From contig DAHUZI010000040.1 in NCBI GenBank assembly GCA_027306595.1, positions 1,093 through 65,092 on the forward strand: DNA of 64,000 nt, written 5' to 3'. Origin of the DNA: Candidatus Dormiibacterota bacterium. GTDB lineage: Bacteria > Chloroflexota > Dormibacteria > Aeolococcales > Bog-877. Both the position numbers and the translations under genes were made by a program. Positions 54,635 through 61,621 of the stretch are shown in pieces; within the stretch, counting starts at the first letter, position 1; each line of letters starts with the position of its first letter. Below the pieces are notes generated by a model. It was not told the DNA's origin, ran no database searches, and saw only the letters and a list, made by a program, of their open reading frames with translations.

Positions 54635-56274
54635 GGGGTGCCCTCCAGGCTGAACCAGTAGAAGCCGTGGGGGCCGAGGGGGAGGAGGTAGGGGAGGTCG
54701 CCGATGGTCGGGAAGGGCACCCGTCCGACCAGCTCCACCGGCGTGCGCCCGCTGAAGCGGTGGAGGTCGAGCTCCACCGGCTGGGAGAAGCGGGAGAGGT
54801 TGTTGATGCAGAGGATGGTCTCGCCGTCCAGCTGGCGGAGGAAGGCCAGGACCGAGGGGTTGCTCCCCCCAAGGATCTCCATTGCCCCGCGGCCGAAGAC
54901 GGAATGGGCCTTGCGGACCTGGATGAAGCGTCGCAGCCACTGGAGCAGGGAGCTCTGGCTGCGCTGCTGCTGCTCGATGTTGCACGCTTGGTAGCCGTAC
55001 AGGGGGTCCATTAGCGGCGGTAGGTAGAGCTGGGCGAAGTCGGCGCGGGAGAAGCCGCCGTTCCGATCTCCGCTCCACTGCATCGGCGTGCGGACCCCGT
55101 CGCGGTCGCCGAGATAGATGTTGTCGCCCATCCCGATCTCGTCACCGTAGTAGAGGATCGGGGTGCCCGGGAGTGAGAGCAGCAGGCCGTAGAACAGCTC
55201 CATCTGGCGGCGACCGTTGCCCAGCAGGGGGGCGAGGCGACGTCGGATCCCGAGGTTGTGCCGCATCCGAGGGTCGCGGGCGTACTCCCCGTACATGTAG
55301 TCGCGCTCCGCGTCCGTGACCATCTCCAGGGTCAGCTCATCGTGGTTGCGCAGAAACAGGCCCCACTGCGCCCCGGGGGGGAGCTCGGGCGTCTTGGAGA
55401 GGATCTCGGTGATGGGGTAGCGCTGCTCCTGGCGCAGGCCCATGAACATGCGAGGCATGAGGGGGAAGTGGAAGCACATGTGGCACTCGTCGCCGGCCCC
55501 AAAGTAGGCGACCACGTCGGTCGGCCACTGGTTGGCCTCGGCGAGGAGGAGGCGGCCGGGGAACTCGCGGTCGACCTCGCTGCGGATGCGCCGCAGGTAG
55601 GCGTGCGTGGCGGGGAGGTTCTCGCAGTTCGACCCCTCGGCCTCGAAGAGGTAGGGGACCGCGTCAAGCCGGTAGCCGTCCATGCCCAGCCGGAGCCAAT
55701 GGCGGACCACCTCCAGCATCGCCTCCTGTACCTGCGGGTTCTCATAGTTGAGGTCCGGCTGATGGCGGTAGAAGCGGTGCCAGTAGTAGGCGCCGGCGAT
55801 GTCGTCCCAGGTCCAGTTGGAGGGCTCGGTGTCCACGAAGATGACCCGGGCCTCGCGGTACCGCTCAGGGTTGTCGCTCCACACGTACCAATCGTGCTTG
55901 GGCGAGTCCTGGGAGCGCCGGGCCTCCTGGAACCAGGGGTGCTGGTCGGAGGTGTGATTGACGACGAGATCGCAGATCACGCGGATACCGCGAGCGTGAG
56001 CCTCGTCGAGGAGCCGCTTCATGTCGTCCGCGGTCCCGACCTCGGGCTGGAGGCTGTAGAAGTCGCTGACGTCATACCCACCGTCGCGCATCGGGGACGC
56101 GAAGATGGGCAGGAGCCAGAGGCAGTCGATTCCCAGCCAGTGGAGGTAGTCGAGCTTCTCGATCAGCCCGGGGATGTCCCCGCTGCCGTCGCCGTTGGCA
56201 TCGTAGAAGCCGCGGACGTAGACCTCGTAGATGACGGCGTCCCGATACCAGTCCAGGGCCGGGCTGAGGTTCAT
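54631..56274 (-). CDS. treS: trehalose synthase / maltose alpha-D-glucosyltransferase
   Basis: WYRDAVIYEVYVRGFYDANGDGSGDIPGLIEKLDYLHWLGIDCLWLLPIFASP, GYRLDAVPYL, LLAEAN, FLRNHDELTLE. The ATG overlaps the glgE stop (ATGA). Confidence 0.93.
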   Translation of the reverse strand: MNLSPALDWYRDAVIYEVYVRGFYDANGDGSGDIPGLIEKLDYLHWLGIDCLWLLPIFASPMRDGGYDVSDFYSLQPEVGTADDMKRLLDEAHARGIRVICDLVVNHTSDQHPWFQEARRSQDSPKHDWYVWSDNPERYREARVIFVDTEPSNWTWDDIAGAYYWHRFYRHQPDLNYENPQVQEAMLEVVRHWLRLGMDGYRLDAVPYLFEAEGSNCENLPATHAYLRRIRSEVDREFPGRLLLAEANQWPTDVVAYFGAGDECHMCFHFPLMPRMFMGLRQEQRYPITEILSKTPELPPGAQWGLFLRNHDELTLEMVTDAERDYMYGEYARDPRMRHNLGIRRRLAPLLGNGRRQMELFYGLLLSLPGTPILYYGDEIGMGDNIYLGDRDGVRTPMQWSGDRNGGFSRADFAQLYLPPLMDPLYGYQACNIEQQQRSQSSLLQWLRRFIQVRKAHSVFGRGAMEILGGSNPSVLAFLRQLDGETILCINNLSRFSQPVELDLHRFSGRTPVELVGRVPFPTIGDLPYLLPLGPHGFYWFSLEGTP

Positions 56275-58310
56275 GGTTCGACGGCGAAGATGTGGGCGGG
56301 CTGCTGGGCGGGGTCGAGCCGCACGTAGTTGCGCGGTCCCTGCCAGCGGTAGGTGGCGCCGCTCAGCTCGTCGCGGACGGTGAAGCTCGCGTCCCAGGCG
56401 AGTCCGAGCGCGGGGAGATCGAGGGAGGTGGTTGCCTCCCTGGGGTGATGAGGGTCGAGGTTGACCACCACGAGCACCGTGTCCCTCCCATCGGCGCTGC
56501 GGCGCGAGTAGCCGATGAGGTTCGGGCCGTCGATCCCCTGCACGGTGAGGCCGCGCAGCCGTTGGAGGGCGGGGTGGCGGCGGCGGATGGCGTTGATGGC
56601 CGTGATCAGGGGGGCGAGGGAATGGGGCTGGTCCCAGTCTCGGGGACGCAGCTGGTACTTCTCGGAGTCCAGGTACTCCTCGCTCCCGGGGCGAACGGCC
56701 TGATTCTCGCAGAGCTCGAAGCCGCTGTAGATCCCATAGCTCGGGCTCATCGTCGCCGCCAGCACCAGGCGGAGCCGGAAAGCGGGGGGCCCGCCCTCCT
56801 GGAGCTCGGCGGTGAGGATGTCGGGCGTGTTGACGAACAGGTTGGGGCGCAGGAAGTCGCTGGTCCCCTCGCTGAGCTGCAGGGCATAGGCGGCGAGCTC
56901 AGCGGGCCGCTGGCGCCAGGTGAAGTATGTGTAGGACTGGCTGAACCCGACCTTGGCCAGCCTCCAGAGAAGGTGGGGGCGGGTGAAGGCCTCCGCCAGG
57001 AGGAGGACGTCGGGGTGGTCGCGGCGCAGCTCGCCGATCAGCCAGGACCACAGGGCGACCGGCTTGGTGTGGGGGTTGTCGACCCGAAACACGCGCACGC
57101 CCCGGGCAATCCACGTCTCGACGACCGCGCGCACCGCCGTCCACAGCGCCCGCCAGTCGGGGCAGCCGAAGTCGAGGGGCACGATGTCCTCGTAGGCCTT
57201 GGGGGGATTCTCGGCGTGGGCGATGGTCCCGTCGGGACGGCGTCGGAACCAATCTGGGTGCTCGCGGACCCACGGGTGATCGGGGGAGCACTGGAGGGCG
57301 AGATCGAGGGCGACCTCCAGCCCGAGATCCCGAGCCCGGGCGACGAACTCCTCGAAGTCCGTGACCGTGCCGAGGTCGGGGTGGATCTCGCTGTGCCCCC
57401 CCTCCAGCGCCCCGATCGCCCAGGGGCTGCCGGGGTCGTGTGGCCCGGCCGGCCGGGTGTTGTTCGGGCCCTTGCGGCCGGTCAGGCCGATGGGATGGAT
57501 CGGCGCCAGGTAGACGACGTCGAAGCCCATGGCCGCGAGCGCCGGCAGCCGACGGGCCGCGCTGGCGAAGGTGCCGCTCCGAGGCGGCTGGCCGAGGATC
57601 GCGCCCTCGGAGCGCACGAAGAGCTCGTACCAGGCGCCGACCCCCGCCCGCTCGCGCTCGACCCAGAGGGGAAGGCACGGCCCACAGGTCGTGGTCCTGG
57701 GGTCGGGCACGAGGCGCAGGCGCTCCACAAGGGCGTCGGCGGCCTCGAGGGGGTCCTGGGCGCCGGCCGCGCCCACGAGCAGCTGCTCCGCCACGGCGGA
57801 GACCGCCTGCCGGTCGGCCGGGGGGACGTCGGCCATCCGCTCGTGGAGGAGCTCGGCTCCCTCGGCGAACTGGAGCTCGACGGCCTGGCCGGCGCGAAGG
57901 CATGCCCGGGTGTCGCGGAGCCAGCTCCCGAGCCGGTCGACCCAGCCAACGACCTGGTATTCGGCCGCGCCGACGCGGTCGCATCGGATCGGGGCGACCC
58001 ACTCATCGTTGCCGATCGGGTCCAGGGGGACCGAGGACCAGCGCCCGCCCTGGCTTCGCCAGCGCACGAGCGCGGCGACCCGGTCGTGGCCATCGGCGTA
58101 CACGGCCGCTCGGACCGGCACCGCCTCGCCGGCCAGCGCCTTGGCGGCGAGCGCCCCCCCGTCGACCACCGGCGACACCACCTCGATCACGACCCGGGGC
58201 GGGGCGGGGTCGGAGGAGGCGGGCCGGCCGGGCCCCGATCGGGGGCGGCGTCGGGGTCGGGCCCCGGGGGCGGCGCGGGCGGTCGGGCCGAGCGGGGAGG
58301 GGGAGGCCAC
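56271..58310 (-). CDS. glgE: alpha-1,4-glucan:maltose-1-phosphate maltosyltransferase
   Basis: VIEVVSPVVDGGALAAKALAGEAVPVRAAVYADGHD, YLAPIHPIG, GVRVFRVDNPHTKP and GlgE length. The exact start is uncertain (GTG 58310 or GTG ~58199). Confidence 0.9.
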   Translation of the reverse strand: MASPSPLGPTARAAPGARPRRRPRSGPGRPASSDPAPPRVVIEVVSPVVDGGALAAKALAGEAVPVRAAVYADGHDRVAALVRWRSQGGRWSSVPLDPIGNDEWVAPIRCDRVGAAEYQVVGWVDRLGSWLRDTRACLRAGQAVELQFAEGAELLHERMADVPPADRQAVSAVAEQLLVGAAGAQDPLEAADALVERLRLVPDPRTTTCGPCLPLWVERERAGVGAWYELFVRSEGAILGQPPRSGTFASAARRLPALAAMGFDVVYLAPIHPIGLTGRKGPNNTRPAGPHDPGSPWAIGALEGGHSEIHPDLGTVTDFEEFVARARDLGLEVALDLALQCSPDHPWVREHPDWFRRRPDGTIAHAENPPKAYEDIVPLDFGCPDWRALWTAVRAVVETWIARGVRVFRVDNPHTKPVALWSWLIGELRRDHPDVLLLAEAFTRPHLLWRLAKVGFSQSYTYFTWRQRPAELAAYALQLSEGTSDFLRPNLFVNTPDILTAELQEGGPPAFRLRLVLAATMSPSYGIYSGFELCENQAVRPGSEEYLDSEKYQLRPRDWDQPHSLAPLITAINAIRRRHPALQRLRGLTVQGIDGPNLIGYSRRSADGRDTVLVVVNLDPHHPREATTSLDLPALGLAWDASFTVRDELSGATYRWQGPRNYVRLDPAQQPAHIFAVEP

Positions 58311-58458
58311 CTCCCAAGAGTGCCAGGCCCGCTCGGTCAGCGCAGGCCGATCGCCCGATGCGTCTTGGATCCAGCTGCGCTCTGATCCTTATTGCATCTA
58401 AGTGGCAGGCGGTCTAGACTGGCGCCTGGCGTGGTCGCCCCGGTCCTGGGAGGTTCCG

Positions 58459-59577
58459 ATGCAGGCGTTCAGTGTCCCGATGCCGGGTCGGCTGGCGCGG
58501 ATCCGGGCGAGCCTCAGCCCTGCCGAATGGCGGCGGGTCGGAGGAATGGCGGGCACCGTGGTCGGGCTCCACGCGCTCGGGTGGGGGGTGTTCGCCCTGG
58601 TGATCCTGCCCCAGCACCTCAAGCTCCTCGGGATCGGGATCGCCCTCACCGCCTATACCCTTGGCATGCGGCACGCCTTCGACGCCGATCACATCTCGGC
58701 GATCGACAACACCACCCGCAAGCTGATGGCGGAGGGCAAGCGGCCGCTCAGCGTGGGGTTCTGGTTCTCGCTGGGCCACTCGACGGTCGTGATGGCCCTG
58801 GGCGTGGCCCTCACGATCGTGGCCCGGTTCGTGCTCGGCCAGGTCCACAACCCGACGTCCACCCTGCAGGGCTTCGGCGGGATCGTCGGGACCCTGGTCT
58901 CGGGGACCTTCCTCTACCTGATCGCAATCCTGAACCTCGTGATCCTGGTGGGCATCGTGAAGGTCTTCCTGGACATGCGGCGCGGCCGCTACTCGGAGGA
59001 GGCCCTCGAGACCCAGCTCAACTCGCGCGGCCTCATGTTCCGGTTCTTCGGTCGGCTGATGCGGACGATCCACTCGCCCTGGCAGATGTACCCGGTCGGC
59101 ATTCTGTTCGGATTGGGCTTCGACACCGCGACCGAGATCGCGCTGCTGGCCACGACCGCCGGCGCGGCCACCGCCGGGCTGCCCTGGTACGCGGTGCTGT
59201 GCCTGCCGGTGCTGTTCACCGCCGGCATGAGCCTGCTGGACACGCTCGACGGGTCGTTCATGAACTTCGCCTACGGCTGGGCCTTCTCCAAGCCGCTGCG
59301 CAAGGTCTACTACAACATCACGATCACGGGCCTGTCGGTGGTGGTGGCGCTGCTGATCGGAACCATCGAGCTGGTGGGCCTGCTCACGGTGGAGTTGAAG
59401 CTCCGGGGCGGGGTCTGGTCGCTCTTCTCGCACTTCGACATCAACCAGGCCGGGTTCATCATCGTCGGGCTGTTCGTCGTCACCTGGGTGGTGGCGCTGG
59501 GGGTCTGGCGGTTCGGTCGGGTGGAGCACCGCTGGGCGGCGGCGGCGGCCAGGGCGAGGCCGCCGGAGCGCGGGTAG
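58459..59577 (+). CDS. nickel/cobalt transporter, NiCoT (HoxN/HupN/NixA) family
   Basis: Signature RHAFDADHISAIDNTTRKL and FWFSLGHSTVV, 8 TM. GGGAGG lies 5 nt upstream of ATG 58459. Confidence 0.9.
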   Translation: MQAFSVPMPGRLARIRASLSPAEWRRVGGMAGTVVGLHALGWGVFALVILPQHLKLLGIGIALTAYTLGMRHAFDADHISAIDNTTRKLMAEGKRPLSVGFWFSLGHSTVVMALGVALTIVARFVLGQVHNPTSTLQGFGGIVGTLVSGTFLYLIAILNLVILVGIVKVFLDMRRGRYSEEALETQLNSRGLMFRFFGRLMRTIHSPWQMYPVGILFGLGFDTATEIALLATTAGAATAGLPWYAVLCLPVLFTAGMSLLDTLDGSFMNFAYGWAFSKPLRKVYYNITITGLSVVVALLIGTIELVGLLTVELKLRGGVWSLFSHFDINQAGFIIVGLFVVTWVVALGVWRFGRVEHRWAAAAARARPPERG

Positions 59578-59584
59578 GCTAGCG

Positions 59585-59896
59585 GTGGGCGGCGACGCCG
59601 GGCCGGCGCCCCCCGACCTCACCGTCGAGGTGGGGGAGGGGAGCGGGGCGACCGGCTGGGTCTGCACGGTCGCCGTGGCCCACGCCGGGCGGGTGCGCCG
59701 GCATGTGGTGCGGGTGAGCCCCGCCGAACGCGCCCGCTACGGGCCCGATGTCCCGGTCGACGTGCTGGTTCGGCGCAGCTTCGCGTTCCTGCTGGAGCGC
59801 GAGCCCGCGAGCGCGATCCTGCCTCGCTTCGACCTGGGGACGATCGAGCGGTACTTCCCGGAGTACGGGGCGGCGAGCCGGCGCCCGTCCGACTAG
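59585..59896 (+). CDS. conserved hypothetical protein (103 aa)
   Basis: Coding-like composition. The C-terminal LVRRSFAFLLEREPASAILPRFDLGTIERYFPEYG resembles small actinobacterial hypotheticals I recall, but I cannot name a family. Confidence 0.55.
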   Translation: MGGDAGPAPPDLTVEVGEGSGATGWVCTVAVAHAGRVRRHVVRVSPAERARYGPDVPVDVLVRRSFAFLLEREPASAILPRFDLGTIERYFPEYGAASRRPSD

Positions 59897-60174
59897 CGCC
59901 GGGCCGCCGCGAGCAGGACCGAGCCTCCCCATCGCTCAGTCGCTCTGAGGTCAGCCGGGCCCCGGCCAAGCCCGCCCCCCGGCCGGCCGTGCACCGGCCT
60001 CGGCTTCGCCCGAGTGGGTATGGTGGGGTCCGGGGCCGAAGCGGCGAGGGGGCCCCGCGCCATCCGCAGGGGGTCGACCAGGGAGGGGCGAGAACGGGCG
60101 GGCGCGAGGGGAGGGGGCCGCGGACCCGGCGCTCGCCGGGCGCGCGGCTCCAGGAGGGCCTCCTGCCCGCCTGG

Positions 60175-61419
60175 ATGGGCCGCGAACTCACGATCATCTT
60201 CGCGGCCCGGGTCCTGATGAGCGCGGCTCGGGCCCTGGCCGGGGTCGTGGTCCCGATCTACCTCGCCGAGGAAGGTTTCAGCGCCCTGGGACTGGGCGGG
60301 CTCTTCGTGGCGGTCGCCCTGGTGTCGACGGCAGTGTCCGCCGCGGTCGGGCTGCTCTCCGACCGGGTGGGACGGCGGATCTTCCTCATCACCATCCCCC
60401 TGCTAGCCGCCCTCGCGGCGGCCGCCTACGCGGTGACCCGTGACGTCAGCGTGCTGGTGGCGACCGCCGCCCTGGGCAGCTTCGGGCGCGGCGCCGGGGC
60501 GGGCGCCGGGATGATCGGCCCCTACCAGCCGGCGGAGTCCGCCCTCGTCACCGAGGTCACCGCCGTCGGCCGTCGGAACGCCGCCTTCGGGCGGCTGGCG
60601 TTCGGCTCGTCCGTGGGCGCCTTGGTCGGGGGCCTGCTGGCGCTGATGGTCCCCGGTGGCCACCGGGTCGGGGCGGCCGCGCTCGCCGCCCACCGGCCGG
60701 TGTTCATCGTGATGGCGGTGATCGCGGTGGCGGCCGGTCTCATCGCCATCGCCCTGCGCGAGCCCCCCCGCCGTCCGGCCGCCGGAGCGCGGCGGCGGGG
60801 GGTGCGGCTCCCGCGCCGGTCGGCGCCGCTCCTCTACCGCCTCTGGGCCACCAACGGGGTCAACGGGCTGGCGGTGGGGATGTTCGGCCCGTTCATCACC
60901 TATTGGCTGTACCGTCGGTACGGGGTTGGGGCGGCGGAGATCGGCGTCCTCTACGCGGTCATCAACGGCGCCACGGCCGCGTCGACCCTGTCGGCGGCCG
61001 GCCTTGCTCGCCGCTTCGGGCTGGTGCGCACGGTGACGGTGGTACGGATCGCCCAGGCCCTGCTGCTCGTGCCGATGGTCATGGCGCCGACCTTCGTGGC
61101 CGCCGGCGCGGTGTACCTGGTCCGGATGACGGTGCAGCGCATCGGGCTGCCCCTGCGCCAGTCATACGTGGTGGCCCGGGCCGACCCCGCCGAGCGGGCC
61201 TCGGTCGCCGCGCTGTCGAACGTGCCCAGCCAGGCGGCGACGGCGGCGAGCCCGGTGCTGTCCGGCTACCTGTTCGACAGTGTGAGCCTCGAGCTCCCGT
61301 TCGAGATCGCCGGGGCGCTCCAGCTCGTGAACGCGCTCCTGTTCTGGGGCTTCTTCCACCGGCTGCCCCCGGCTGAGGAGCAGGTGGCGGCGGGCGAGGC
61401 GGCGACCGATGGGCCCTGA
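60175..61419 (+). CDS. MFS transporter
   Basis: About 12 TM. Starts at MGRELTIIFAARVLMSAARALAG. The ORF-track start (59989) adds a Gly/Arg-rich leader. Confidence 0.8.
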   Translation: MGRELTIIFAARVLMSAARALAGVVVPIYLAEEGFSALGLGGLFVAVALVSTAVSAAVGLLSDRVGRRIFLITIPLLAALAAAAYAVTRDVSVLVATAALGSFGRGAGAGAGMIGPYQPAESALVTEVTAVGRRNAAFGRLAFGSSVGALVGGLLALMVPGGHRVGAAALAAHRPVFIVMAVIAVAAGLIAIALREPPRRPAAGARRRGVRLPRRSAPLLYRLWATNGVNGLAVGMFGPFITYWLYRRYGVGAAEIGVLYAVINGATAASTLSAAGLARRFGLVRTVTVVRIAQALLLVPMVMAPTFVAAGAVYLVRMTVQRIGLPLRQSYVVARADPAERASVAALSNVPSQAATAASPVLSGYLFDSVSLELPFEIAGALQLVNALLFWGFFHRLPPAEEQVAAGEAATDGP

Positions 61420-61520
61420 GGGGGACGGCCGCCCGCTCGCTACTCATGCTCCTGATAAGAGACCTTATCGCTAACCACAAACCGCAGGCCGGATCGCGGG
61501 GTCCCGGCGGCCGCCCCCTC
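61418..61520. repeat. ~100-nt element: 14-15-nt terminal inverted repeats enclosing an AT-richer core with a perfect GATAAG-N4-CTTATC palindrome
   Basis: GAGGGGGACGGCCGC (61418-61432) versus GCGGCCGCCCCCTC (61507-61520), with one indel. Inner palindrome at 61454-61469. Confidence 0.4.
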
Positions 61521-61621
61521 TCGACCGGGCCGGGGCCGCCGGGGCGACGGGGCCCGGGTCGAGTCCCGGATCGGGAGACGGGTGTCCCCGAGGGCCCCGA
61601 AGCTGTGCTTCGATAGCGGCG

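Noticed and set aside
58311-58458. Possible cobalamin or NiCo riboswitch upstream of the NiCoT transporter.
   Set aside because: Only 148 nt is shared with the divergent glgE promoter. I could not find the B12-box or the conserved NiCo four-way-junction strings. It needs a covariance-model scan to be certain.
59897-60174. G-rich 278-nt leader before the second MFS gene, considered as a guanidine/ykkC-type riboswitch.
   Set aside because: I could not locate the conserved ACGR loops or the GGGA/ACACGG blocks. The high G content alone is typical of the genome.
61554-61569. tRNA T-arm-like string CCGGGTCGAGTCCCGG upstream of lhr, considered as a possible tRNA or an integration (att) remnant.
   Set aside because: The loop is 6 nt, not 7, and lacks the TTC. 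No acceptor, D or anticodon arms can be drawn from the flanks.
61521-61621. PafBC / RecA-independent DNA-damage promoter motif (TGTCRGTG-N8-TAnnnT) or a LexA box upstream of lhr.
   Set aside because: Only partial TGTC and TGTG strings are present, with the wrong spacing to any TAnnnT. There is no GAAC-N4-GTTC within 200 nt.
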